NCBI GenBank assembly: GCA_963933835.1
Contig: CAWVVV010000001.1
Span: 492,588 to 556,587 of the forward strand
Length of the DNA stretch: 64,000 nucleotides
Direction: 5' to 3'
Source of the DNA: an uncultured Puniceicoccaceae bacterium
GTDB taxonomy: Bacteria; Verrucomicrobiota; Verrucomicrobiia; Opitutales; Oceanipulchritudinaceae
Part shown: piece by piece, positions 1 to 9,181 of the stretch
Numbering within the stretch: the first letter of the stretch is position 1
How the letters are laid out: every line of letters starts with the position of its first letter
Notes under the pieces: generated by a model
The model's input: only the letters and a program-made list of their open reading frames with translations
What the model was told of the DNA's origin: nothing
The model's database searches: none
Program-made: the position numbers and the translations under genes

Positions 1-950
1 GCCAGCACTGCAACATCCACTTCACGAGTGGATAACTGTGAATTCAAGCTGATGATCGCATGGTCGTTGCCAATCAGCGAAAGCTCTTGAAGCGGCGTGC
101 CGCTTTCCTGCGCACGAATAACTTGTTCGTGATACGTTCTTTTCTCGTCAAAATCACGCTTTGCCTCTGTCAGAAGTGTCCGTAACTGGAGTAATTCTTG
201 ACTATCAATATCTTGGCGCTCGCTAAAAGTAATGCCGTTCTTCGATTTAAATTCAGTGATCCGCTCCTCAACCTCTCGAACGCTTTCAGCCTGAAACTTA
301 ATTTTCTGCGCTAACTCTTTAACCCCTTCTACGGTTGTTTCCGTAGTCTGTCCTTTCGAAAACTGAATATACGCTTTGGCGAAAAGATTGGCTACATCTG
401 CAGCCACCTCTGGGTCTGGGTGAATGTAGTGGATATAAATAAAAAACGACAACCGCTGGGGCTGTATCTTCCGGTTTAAGAAGAGGATATCAAGCGCTTC
501 GCGTTCACCGCTAATAGCAGAGTCAATTCCGGACTCATAAGGAGCGATAAAGCGCTTGCGAAAAGCACCTTGGATACGTTTATCAACCTCTCGAGCAATC
601 TCAAGACTCTCAAGGATGTTAATCTGTGTCTGGAGATCTTCCGTCCCGTAAAGGCGATCATCTGCAACCATCTCAATGTCCACCGCAGCCTCGCGAGCTC
701 TCAAGATCTGAACTGAGGATGTCGCCATGTAGAGCTTAGTCGAGTTAAACGTAAAGAGTGCAACGCCGAGCAAGACAATGAAGACAGTAGTCACGAACCA
801 CCAGATGCGTTCGCGCAGGATTATAAGGTAATCGTTCAGCCCCCTCGGAGAAAGAGCCGCGTCATTGTACCCGCCGCCGTAGCCTTCGCCATAGTAATAA
901 CCACCGTAGGAGCCAGAGCCTCCTGAAGAACGTTCATCTTGATTGTGCAT
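1..950 (-). CDS. Wzc/GumC-like polysaccharide co-polymerase (chain-length regulator/BY-kinase), 5' part; runs off the window
   Basis: Manual translation from ATG 950 (checked to ~350): MHNQDERSSGGSGSYGGYYYGEGY...DYLIILRERIWWFVTTVFIVLLGVALFTF..LYMATSSVQI...TQINILES...HPDPEVAADVANLFAKAY, a Wzz/Wzc N-terminal pattern; follows a wza-like gene. Confidence 0.85.
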   Translation of the reverse strand, partial: MHNQDERSSGGSGSYGGYYYGEGYGGGYNDAALSPRGLNDYLIILRERIWWFVTTVFIVLLGVALFTFNSTKLYMATSSVQILRAREAAVDIEMVADDRLYGTEDLQTQINILESLEIAREVDKRIQGAFRKRFIAPYESGIDSAISGEREALDILFLNRKIQPQRLSFFIYIHYIHPDPEVAADVANLFAKAYIQFSKGQTTETTVEGVKELAQKIKFQAESVREVEERITEFKSKNGITFSERQDIDSQELLQLRTLLTEAKRDFDEKRTYHEQVIRAQESGTPLQELSLIGNDHAIISLNSQLSTREVDVAVL

Positions 951-982
951 AACAGTAAAATTTAAATTTTGACAGACTTGGA

Positions 983-1606
983 TTAAATACGGCGCCGAGA
1001 GATAACGATAAGATCGCCATCCTCAAGTGGGTGATCGCGGGTCGTGATGTCTCGCGTATCAACGGAAATCTCCACCTGCTCACCGTTTTCGTCAGCGCGG
1101 CGAATGATCACATTTTTGAGATCCCCCAGCGGTTGAGCTCCTCCAGCCATGGATAAAGCCTCGAGCAAATATAGCCGTTCTTCTGCCGGGATCGGAACAC
1201 TCCCTTGTCTCATTACTAGGCCCATAACTTCGACGGTCTGCGCAGAACTGGCATAGATTGTTAAGTCAAGCTGTGGGTCGATGAAGTAATCTCCATCGTA
1301 TAGAGTATAGATGTGCTTTTGTGCGTCAGCCACGGACATTCCAGCGATATTAACCGCCTTAATAAATGGCAGAACCACTGCACCGTCGTTCGAAACTCGC
1401 ATTTGAACATCGGCCTCTTCGCCAATAATTCTAAACAAGACAAAATCCAGCGGCTTAATAACGTACGAGCTGGAAGCCTGATCGCCCAACGAGCCAATTC
1501 GCGAGCTTTGCGAGCTTTGCGAGCTTTGCGAGCTTTGCGAAAAAGACACCAAAGGGGTTATTACGAACACGAAAAAGATGATAAATTGCGACATGGAGCG
1601 ACTCAT
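983..1606 (-). CDS. Polysaccharide biosynthesis/export protein (Wza-like, Poly_export + SLBB)
   Basis: YVIKPLD..., VSNDGAVVLPFI, LLEALSMAGG, LEDGDLIVI motifs; signal peptide. Confidence 0.85.
   Translation of the reverse strand: MSRSMSQFIIFFVFVITPLVSFSQSSQSSQSSQSSRIGSLGDQASSSYVIKPLDFVLFRIIGEEADVQMRVSNDGAVVLPFIKAVNIAGMSVADAQKHIYTLYDGDYFIDPQLDLTIYASSAQTVEVMGLVMRQGSVPIPAEERLYLLEALSMAGGAQPLGDLKNVIIRRADENGEQVEISVDTRDITTRDHPLEDGDLIVISRRRI
1501..1540. repeat. In-frame 9-bp tandem repeat (GCGAGCTTT)x4.4 encoding SQS repeats
   Basis: Read directly; lies just after the signal peptide of the wza-like gene. Confidence 0.95.
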
Positions 1607-1623
1607 ATGCTTCAAATTTAGAC

Positions 1624-1663
1624 AAAAAAAGGCCGACGGGGCAATGTCAAAGACCCGCCAGCC
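1624..1663 (-). terminator. Intrinsic terminator between the OM barrel gene and the wza-like gene
   Basis: Minus strand GGCUGGCGGG...CCCGUCGGCC, a 10-bp stem with 2 G-U pairs, followed by U7. Confidence 0.65.
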
Positions 1664-1694
1664 GGCAAAGGAAATGTAAGACTGTCTACCGCAA

Positions 1695-2894
1695 TTAGTA
1701 GCGAACAGACGCCGTCAAGCTGAAGACGGTGTTTTTGTATTCGTCAAATGCAGGATTAATGAAGTCGTAGTTGAGATCATTGATCTTATAGGCACCTGTG
1801 ATGCGGACGTATTCGTTCGGGCTCCAAGTGACACTTGCCGAGGCTGATACTAAGTGATCAACACGACCCTTCCTGGCCGATGTATCTTCGAACTCAGTTT
1901 TCGCCAAGGTGAGGTTACCGCCGGCTAACCACATCTCGCTGATGAGATACTGAGTGCCGATGCTAATCTGGTCTCGGGTGTATGAAATCGCTGCGTCGCT
2001 AGTGCCTTGTCCAAAGTCACGTGAGAGAGCACCATATACGTTCCAATTAGTGTCCGCTGCGTAGTTCAAACGGGCATTGTAGGAGAACGTGCTGGAAGAT
2101 CCACCGATCAGAGCACTGCCATCGAAGTCACGAGTCTGGTAACCTAAATCGATCGAACCCGTCCAGAGAGGATTGAAAATCTCACCTTCGATACCACCAA
2201 AGATGTAGTGGTCTTCAGTATCTGGGATATCACTACCTGCTGGCGCATTAAAGGGCGATGCAGTCCGGTAACGGTAGCCAACGAAAGCGCTCACTGCGGG
2301 GTCGAACGCATAGAGGACTCGAAGCGGAACAGAAACAGCGTCCGAGCCCGCGAGAAGCGAAGCATCATTAAAGGAACGGTGGAGATAATCCACACCGCCG
2401 CTGAGCGATACTTGATCAGACAAAAGATAGTTGACGGAGCCACCGATCGCGACATCCGAGCGTTCAGCAAGGTCTGCGGTCGGAGTCGTGGTAGAGAAAT
2501 CTACGCTGTTAGTTCCAAGCTCATTGGCAGACGCATAGCCCTTGAAAAGAGCAACACCAGTGTCGTAGTAACCTAATGAGTTGAATCGGATGTATTCACC
2601 ATCGAGATTATCTAGATCGTCGTGCACACGAACTTCAAGACCGAGCGTTGCCTCAAGATAGGCAGCATTTTCGGTCCCAAGCTGGAGCTCAACACCCGGT
2701 GTAACCGTGAAGATCATTTCTGATTCTTCGTTAGTTTTCTGGCGGGTAGTATTCGATTGGTGCTCGATACCTCCAGACAGCGTGAGGAACAAGATAGCAT
2801 CGTCCCCGAGGCTAACAGATGGGGCTGCCTGCAACTGAATTGCAACAGTCGTGAGAAGTCCTGAGAGGAGAGTATTTTTTATGAAAGTATTCAT
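1695..2894 (-). CDS. Outer-membrane beta-barrel protein, exopolysaccharide-associated
   Basis: Signal peptide, alternating beta-strand pattern, C-terminal aromatic residue (SLTASVRY); upstream of wza/wzc. Confidence 0.75.
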   Translation of the reverse strand: MNTFIKNTLLSGLLTTVAIQLQAAPSVSLGDDAILFLTLSGGIEHQSNTTRQKTNEESEMIFTVTPGVELQLGTENAAYLEATLGLEVRVHDDLDNLDGEYIRFNSLGYYDTGVALFKGYASANELGTNSVDFSTTTPTADLAERSDVAIGGSVNYLLSDQVSLSGGVDYLHRSFNDASLLAGSDAVSVPLRVLYAFDPAVSAFVGYRYRTASPFNAPAGSDIPDTEDHYIFGGIEGEIFNPLWTGSIDLGYQTRDFDGSALIGGSSSTFSYNARLNYAADTNWNVYGALSRDFGQGTSDAAISYTRDQISIGTQYLISEMWLAGGNLTLAKTEFEDTSARKGRVDHLVSASASVTWSPNEYVRITGAYKINDLNYDFINPAFDEYKNTVFSLTASVRY

Positions 2895-3218
2895 GCGTTT
2901 CAGTTACGATTAACTAGGATGAAACCAACGGCTTCAAAAATATTCAATAGACAAGTGTGATTCCAAAGCAATGTTATTTTTTCACCTATAAATGATGTTT
3001 TCAAATCAGGGCGCCGCAGTCCGAGCCAACCAGTTTATCGGATAAAACGGGTAATTGTGATTTAAAAGATCGTCATTTTTTGCAAAAAGTCTCGAAAAAG
3101 CTACCTGACACGCTCTTATGGCAACCTCCAAAACACCTCCAGCTCCCCACCGCTCCACATGGCTAGGATTCGCCGAAAAACGGTCTACAGGGCGAGGAAC
3201 GGTTAAGATCCACCTCCG

Positions 3219-4559
3219 CTAGTCTTGATGTGTCTCTGACTCAGTTACTTCAGTCTTTTCAAATTTGCTAGTATCGGAGACGCGAATAGAGGCCTCGATG
3301 ACGCGCGTTTCGTCAACCTCCGTCACTTCCAAGATGAGTCCGTGCACTTCAATAGACTCTCCCTCTTTGGGGATGTAGCCCATCTCGAGTGTGATCAAGC
3401 CATTGACGGTCGAGACTTCGTCGTTGCTCAGATCGACGTCAAAATGTTCTTCAAGCTCATGGAGCGGGGTCAGGCCATCGACGATGAGGGTGTTTGCGGT
3501 TGAGGGTGCTTCACGAATAAGATCTCCCTCTTCCGCATCAAATTCATCACGTATATCCCCTACGAGTTGCTCGAGAATCTTTTCTAGCGTCAGCACCCCT
3601 GCGACCCCTCTGAATTCATCAACGACGAGTGCCATATGGATATTGTGGGTGAGGAGTCTAGAGAGCGCCTTCTCAAGCGTCTCATCGCCGTCGACCCGAA
3701 TCATATCGCGTTTCACCGTTCTCAAATCGGTTTCGCCTACGCCATGTCGAAACAGGTCCTTCACGTGAACCAGCCCGATGCAGTGATCCAGATCACCATT
3801 ACACAGCGGAAAACGCGTATGGCCCGTTTCCCTCGCTAGCTTCAAATTTTCATCAATCGGCAGCGAAGTGTTGAGAATCTTCACCTGGTTTCGAGGGAGG
3901 AGCACGTCCGCCACGACCAAATCCCGAAGCTGAAAGGTGTTGCGCAAGATCGATTGGACGGCGGTCGATACATCTTTATCGTCGAGCAATTCTAGCTGCG
4001 CCTCAAGTTCCATGCGCGCTAAGGGGCGAAACTTAAATGCCTCCAAAAATGGCGCGATAAGCAAATTTGAACCCTTCTTTCCAAAAATCACAACTGGCCG
4101 GAAGAGCGTTCTGACGAACATCAGTGGGTAAAACCCCAACTTAACTACCTCGAGAGGATAGCGGGTGGCCATCGAGCGAGGAAATAAGTCGCTCAAGGTA
4201 TACACGGGCGGAACGAAAACAATGAGCGCCAAGCCGTAGGTTGCGAATAGAGACAGAGAAACTCCCGTCTTATCGATAAGGTCTCGGAATCCGCCCTGTG
4301 CTAACAGAAAAAGCAGTGTTCCGACTCCTAGATTACAAAGAACCGACGCCACTCGCAATGACTGAACCAGCTCATCGGGAGACTTCATCAGTTTTTGCAG
4401 CCGGCCATCCCTTTCAAACTGCGCCAGTAAATCCGGGTTGAAGTGGCTGAATCGCAAGCGAACTAGGGCAAGCTCAGCTCCCGCAAAAAACCCGTTTGCA
4501 ATCAAGCAGAACGTAAGAACGACCCAAAACTCCCAGCTATCAAAATAAAGTGTGATCAC
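3219..4559 (-). CDS. HlyC/CorC (CNNM) family transporter, DUF21-CBS-CorC
   Basis: ANGFFAGAELALV, GHTRFPL, VVDEFRGVAGVLTLEKILEQLVGDIRDEFD. Confidence 0.92.
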   Translation of the reverse strand: MITLYFDSWEFWVVLTFCLIANGFFAGAELALVRLRFSHFNPDLLAQFERDGRLQKLMKSPDELVQSLRVASVLCNLGVGTLLFLLAQGGFRDLIDKTGVSLSLFATYGLALIVFVPPVYTLSDLFPRSMATRYPLEVVKLGFYPLMFVRTLFRPVVIFGKKGSNLLIAPFLEAFKFRPLARMELEAQLELLDDKDVSTAVQSILRNTFQLRDLVVADVLLPRNQVKILNTSLPIDENLKLARETGHTRFPLCNGDLDHCIGLVHVKDLFRHGVGETDLRTVKRDMIRVDGDETLEKALSRLLTHNIHMALVVDEFRGVAGVLTLEKILEQLVGDIRDEFDAEEGDLIREAPSTANTLIVDGLTPLHELEEHFDVDLSNDEVSTVNGLITLEMGYIPKEGESIEVHGLILEVTEVDETRVIEASIRVSDTSKFEKTEVTESETHQD

Positions 4560-5657
4560 TTACTTCGATCCTGAAACGCTAGATAAGGCGTTAAGACAAC
4601 GGCTATTTTGAGCCGCTGTTCCAATCGTCACCCGCAGGTGGTTAGGCAATCCATAGCCAGCAACGGGTCGGACAATGACACCCGCTTGCTGCAGATCGCT
4701 TGAGACCTCCGCGGCATTCGGGACTTCGACGAGAATGAAATTCGCCTTCGAGGGCGTCCAAGAAAAGCCGAGTTGATCAAAGCCTGCTTCCATCTGTCGA
4801 AGCCCAGCCTCGTTTTCCGACCGGCTTCGCTGAACCCAGAGATCGTCGTCCAGCGCAGCCAGGGCTGCCTCTTGTGCGACGCTGCCAGTGTTAAATGGCG
4901 GCCGCACCTTCTGAAGGAGCGTGGCGAGTTCAGCTTCCGCGTATCCATAGCCAATGCGAAATCCCGCCAATCCGTAGATTTTCGAAAAGGTCCTCGTTGC
5001 GACGATTTTTCGACCAGCTCTCATCAAAGGCCGCAGATCAACCGCAGCCTCTTGATACTCCGCGTAGGCCTCGTCGTAGCAGAAAACAACGTGCTCGGGT
5101 AAACTCTCGGCGAATGCTAAGACTTCATCTGCTGGCAGATAAGTCCCGGTCGGATTGTTTGGATTGGGAAGAAAGACAAGCCGCGTGCGCTCGGTTATCG
5201 CCGCCCGCATCGCCGCGAGATCATGAACGCCATCAGGCATCGGCACTAAGACCTCTGTGCCGCCGCGTAGAAGCGTTGAAATTCGATAAGTGATAAATGC
5301 CTGCGCTCCCATCACTACCTCCGCACCTGGGGCAACGAAGAGGTCCCCTAGCCGGTAGAAAACTTCATTTGAGCCGGCAGTCAATACAATCGATTCAAAT
5401 GGCACGCCCATCGTTTCTGCCAGACGGCCAGTCAAGTCGTAGCCACCATTGTCTGGATAAAGCCAAACATCCTTCAGCGCCTTGGCGGCAGCTTCGAGCG
5501 CGAGTGGAGAGGCTCCGAGTGGGTTTTCGTTCGAAGCTAATTTTATAATCTCCGCTGGATTCAAGCCAAGCTCGCGGGCCACGACTTCAATCGGGCGACC
5601 GGGTTGGTAAACCGGGAGCGTATCGATCTGCGGATTCAATAGCGTAGCATAGCTCAT
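4560..5657 (-). CDS. hisC: Histidinol-phosphate aminotransferase
   Basis: KLASNENPLG, NPNNPTG, DEAY, RTFSKIYGLAGFRIGY. Confidence 0.93.
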   Translation of the reverse strand: MSYATLLNPQIDTLPVYQPGRPIEVVARELGLNPAEIIKLASNENPLGASPLALEAAAKALKDVWLYPDNGGYDLTGRLAETMGVPFESIVLTAGSNEVFYRLGDLFVAPGAEVVMGAQAFITYRISTLLRGGTEVLVPMPDGVHDLAAMRAAITERTRLVFLPNPNNPTGTYLPADEVLAFAESLPEHVVFCYDEAYAEYQEAAVDLRPLMRAGRKIVATRTFSKIYGLAGFRIGYGYAEAELATLLQKVRPPFNTGSVAQEAALAALDDDLWVQRSRSENEAGLRQMEAGFDQLGFSWTPSKANFILVEVPNAAEVSSDLQQAGVIVRPVAGYGLPNHLRVTIGTAAQNSRCLNALSSVSGSK

Positions 5658-5739
5658 GCATCTCATAGGATTTTGAAGTACAAGAATCGCAAACCCAATC
5701 TTGCCCTACCCATCTAAGGGCTGGCACCAATTTAGAGTA

Positions 5740-6447
5740 ATGGAGCGACTCCATCTAAGTGTTCTGAGCACAGAAACCCGAACGGCGGCTGAAAACATGG
5801 CAGCCGACCTTGCGATGAGGCATGCGCTCAGCCCTGCGTCACCGGTCGTCCTGCGTTTTTACGACTGGGCTGAGCCCTCGCTGAGCTTTGGATACTTTCA
5901 AAGATGGGTAGACGTTTGCAAAAGACTCGAAGCAGAGGCGCCAGTCAGCGTTGTTCGCCGACCAACCGGGGGCGGCATTGTAGATCATCGCTCTGATGTC
6001 ACCTACGCCCTTGTCTTCGCGCGTGGGACATCTTTCGCCGAACAAAAGACTACTTGCCTGTACGAAGCCGTTCACACGGCCCTATTCGAGGCGCTGAATG
6101 AACTCGGTGAATTTACCTGTTTAAGCCACGACGCTCCGCTCAAAGCAACTGCCCTGAGCTGTTTTGAAGCGCCTGTTCGCTCAGACATCATCGATTCCAT
6201 CAGCGGCCTGAAAATTGCCGGCTCAGCCATTCACCGTGGCAAAGAATCTATCCTCGTCCAAGGCAGCCTAGAATCAAAACGCCTCTCGAAGTCACTCACT
6301 CCAGAAGATCTCTCAGAAGCATTTGCTCATCGACTCGGCGTCAAAGTCGGCTTGGCCTCAACAGCCTCAATACCGCTTTTTACATTGCATGTCGCCGCCG
6401 CTGATGTAGCCCGATTTTCCAACACCTCGTGGACCCAGCGCCGTTGA
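5740..6447 (+). CDS. Lipoate-protein ligase A family (BPL/LplA/LipM-like) catalytic domain
   Basis: ENMAAD, LRFYDW.EPSLSFGYFQ, VRRPTGGG, KIAGSA. Confidence 0.85.
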   Translation: MERLHLSVLSTETRTAAENMAADLAMRHALSPASPVVLRFYDWAEPSLSFGYFQRWVDVCKRLEAEAPVSVVRRPTGGGIVDHRSDVTYALVFARGTSFAEQKTTCLYEAVHTALFEALNELGEFTCLSHDAPLKATALSCFEAPVRSDIIDSISGLKIAGSAIHRGKESILVQGSLESKRLSKSLTPEDLSEAFAHRLGVKVGLASTASIPLFTLHVAAADVARFSNTSWTQRR

Positions 6448-6459
6448 ACCAACTCCCCG

Positions 6460-7188
6460 ATGCGCCTACATTTTAGAGAAAGCTCTGTCGACTACCGCCA
6501 CTACACTTTTCCCTATAGAGTGTTGGCCGAAAAAGAATCCAGCGACACGCTCGCTTCAATCTACGAGCAAGGTTTCCTCCCCGCATCGAACGACTACGCA
6601 GAAGAGCGGGAACTTTTCTACCTCGCAAGGAGTCTTCGTCTGGATCTTCGAGAGCTGGGTTTCGACAAGAAACGTCGCTATCTGCAACACCGCGGCACAG
6701 AAACAGGCTTACACAGCAATCGCCTTAGTATCAAGGAGCTGATGGCGAGTCACCCACGCTGGAAAGAGTCCGTCATAGAGTGGGTCGAAGGCCGATTCCA
6801 GCCACCCTACATGACCTCAGAGCGACTTGAATACATCCTCAAGCGCAACTTCCTAACTCAATGTATTGCGACCTATTGCGACACGGAGCTGGTCGGCATC
6901 ACACTGCTGCCTCATGACGCCGCTATCGCTCACTACTGGTTTGTTTTTTATGATCCAGAATGGAACCCTGAGCGATCTCTTGGTAAATGGATTCTAGGCG
7001 ACTGTGGACGGTTGCACCAAGAGCAAGGATTTGAATACTTGTATTTAGGAACCTGCTACACAAAAACTGCTGCCTACAAATTCCAAGGCATTGCGTCCGG
7101 GGTAGAATTTTACGAAGGAAGCACCTGGTCAGACTCCATCGAAGAGCTTCAAAAAAGACTTACTTCCGACGGACTAAGCTCTGATTAG
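6460..7188 (+). CDS. Aminoacyl-tRNA-protein transferase-like (Ate/Bpt-like) GNAT-fold protein
   Basis: C-terminal FYDPE...RSLGKW...YLYLG.CY....YK resembles ATE_C; N-terminal RSLR.DL. Confidence 0.6.
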   Translation: MRLHFRESSVDYRHYTFPYRVLAEKESSDTLASIYEQGFLPASNDYAEERELFYLARSLRLDLRELGFDKKRRYLQHRGTETGLHSNRLSIKELMASHPRWKESVIEWVEGRFQPPYMTSERLEYILKRNFLTQCIATYCDTELVGITLLPHDAAIAHYWFVFYDPEWNPERSLGKWILGDCGRLHQEQGFEYLYLGTCYTKTAAYKFQGIASGVEFYEGSTWSDSIEELQKRLTSDGLSSD

Positions 7189-8651
7189 CTGCCGCCATTT
7201 TCAGCTTGTATCCATTCTTCCACGACGGATCGATCCGAGAACGATAATTTCTGATCACCCACCAACTGATAGTCCTCATGGCCCTTACCAGCGATCAGAA
7301 TGAGGTCCCCATCCCTGGCTTGTTCCAACGCTGCGAGTATAGCGTCCTTCCGGTCTTCGATCGTCGCTACCCTACCTGCGTCCATAACCCCAGTCTGTAT
7401 ATCCGCGATGATTGATCGCGCATCTTCCGAACGCGGGTTGTCAGAAGTGATCCAAACTTGATCGGCGAGACGTGTAGCAATCTCACCCATTATCGCCCGT
7501 TTACCTCGATCCCGATCGCCTCCACATCCAAAAATGAGGTGCAAGGAACGAGGTGCCAGCTGTCGGCAAGCACTCAAGACAACTTCGAGCCCGTCCGGGT
7601 TGTGAGCATAATCGACTACCACCGCTGCTCCATTGGGCAGTTCGATGCGCTCCATTCGGCCAGGAATAGCCTGCACACCCGAAAGCGCCTCCCAGCTGGC
7701 TTCAAAGGAGTGCCCCAGCCCCAGCAAGGTTGCTCCTGCAGCCATCAGATTCTCTAATTGAAAAAAGCCTACCAACGAGGTTCGAAGCTCGGCCCGGGCA
7801 CCTCTCCATTCAACGCAGAAGTCAGTCCCAGTAGATTCGACCGAAGTATGAATCAGTTTCAAATCCGCCCAAGGTTCACTGCCATAAGTGACAACCGTCC
7901 CTGCGGTCTGAGAGGCATATACCGGAGTCATCGGAGAAGCGGTTGGCAAAACGGCGACGGCGTCCTTCCGAAGCGAACGAAAGAGCAAGCCTTTGGCCTC
8001 ATGATAGTCCTGCAATGATCCGTGGAAATCGAGGTGATCGCGGGTAACGTTTGTCAGGACCGCTGCTTTCCATTGCACCGCAGCGACACGATCAAGGGCC
8101 AAGGCGTGTGAGGAAACCTCCATTGCAATAGCCTGTGCACCGTCCGCTCGAAGCCCGGCAAGCTTGCGATACAATTCTACAGATAGATCGGTGGTGTACT
8201 CGGGTGGAGACCAAAGCTGCCCGTTAAGAAATGTTCCAAGGGTTCCCAGGGAACCCGCCGAGCCTGTCAGCTTACGGAGGGCTTGATAGAGCAACTGTGT
8301 TGTTGTCGTTTTTCCGTTCGTCCCCGTTACGCCGATGAGAGGGAGAGATTCATCCGGCGAACCGTAAAAAGCTTTTGCGAGGCGAGCACAGGCTACGGGC
8401 ACATTTTCGCTTTTGATACGAGTGCCTGTCGACTGACTGCTCACGACAAAGGCAGGGCCTCCACCCTGCACCGAGGCATGGATTTCATCTTCGCTCCACC
8501 ACTGCTGGTAATCGTGGTATTCTGGAAAAACAAAGAATGCCTTCCCTTCGATATCTGCGCTCGGACGGCATTCGACACCTCTCACGACAATCGACCCATC
8601 GAGCCCTGGGTTCTCCAACCCGATAATCTTGAGCGCCTCGGCTAGTTTCAT
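7185..8651 (-). CDS. murE: UDP-MurNAc-dipeptide:meso-DAP ligase
   Basis: GVTGTNGKTT, MEVSSHAL, TNVTRDHLDFH, VDYAHNPDG, GCGGDRDRGKR, DNPR, AGKGHE. Confidence 0.92.
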   Translation of the reverse strand: MKLAEALKIIGLENPGLDGSIVVRGVECRPSADIEGKAFFVFPEYHDYQQWWSEDEIHASVQGGGPAFVVSSQSTGTRIKSENVPVACARLAKAFYGSPDESLPLIGVTGTNGKTTTTQLLYQALRKLTGSAGSLGTLGTFLNGQLWSPPEYTTDLSVELYRKLAGLRADGAQAIAMEVSSHALALDRVAAVQWKAAVLTNVTRDHLDFHGSLQDYHEAKGLLFRSLRKDAVAVLPTASPMTPVYASQTAGTVVTYGSEPWADLKLIHTSVESTGTDFCVEWRGARAELRTSLVGFFQLENLMAAGATLLGLGHSFEASWEALSGVQAIPGRMERIELPNGAAVVVDYAHNPDGLEVVLSACRQLAPRSLHLIFGCGGDRDRGKRAIMGEIATRLADQVWITSDNPRSEDARSIIADIQTGVMDAGRVATIEDRKDAILAALEQARDGDLILIAGKGHEDYQLVGDQKLSFSDRSVVEEWIQAENGGS

Positions 8652-8864
8652 CGCTTAGACAAAAGACCCAATTTCAACAAAAGCTAAAGGAGAATCCCGG
8701 AAAAAGAAAAGGGACCCGATGGGGGGGCCTTCAATATTCGACCTACAGAGATAGTGCTGCGATCTGATGAGTCTATGACGACTCAAAAAGTGATAACTAA
8801 CTGGAAATAGAGACTGCTCTAGTTATTCACACCGGTCAATTTTACATTTGAGCCCATTATTGTT

Positions 8865-9155
8865 TTACAAATGGTTTACAGAGCCACCGACGCTGTAAAC
8901 GTCGGCCATCATTACCACGTAGGAATCACCGGCGATTTTCTTGGCCTTATCGAGCGAACCCTCAGTCGGTCCCATCCAGTTCGGGATCATCAGGATGCCC
9001 GGCTTCAGCTCGCCACCCAAATCGGAGTAAACGATCGTAGACTCAAACATGAGGTCACCTAGTTGATGCTGAACAACCTTGGTCACCTGCTCACCCCAAG
9101 CGCAAAGCGTAGTAATGGCGACCAAGGGAAAGAGATGAATAAGTCTAAAGCTCAT
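8865..9155 (-). pseudogene. Dienelactone hydrolase family, truncated N-terminal fragment
   Basis: Signal peptide + PGILMIPNWMGP...YVVMMADVY, then unrelated sequence from 8885; no GxCxGG nucleophile motif. Confidence 0.7.
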
Positions 9156-9181
9156 CCCTACACGCATAGCCACGCTGCAAC

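Noticed and set aside
476..676. 66-aa minus-strand ORF
   Set aside because: Alternative frame inside the continuous wzc-like CDS.
2895..3218. JUMPstart/ops element upstream of the EPS operon
   Set aside because: Only a weak GTGTCAGGTAGCT resemblance; no GGCGGTAG core.
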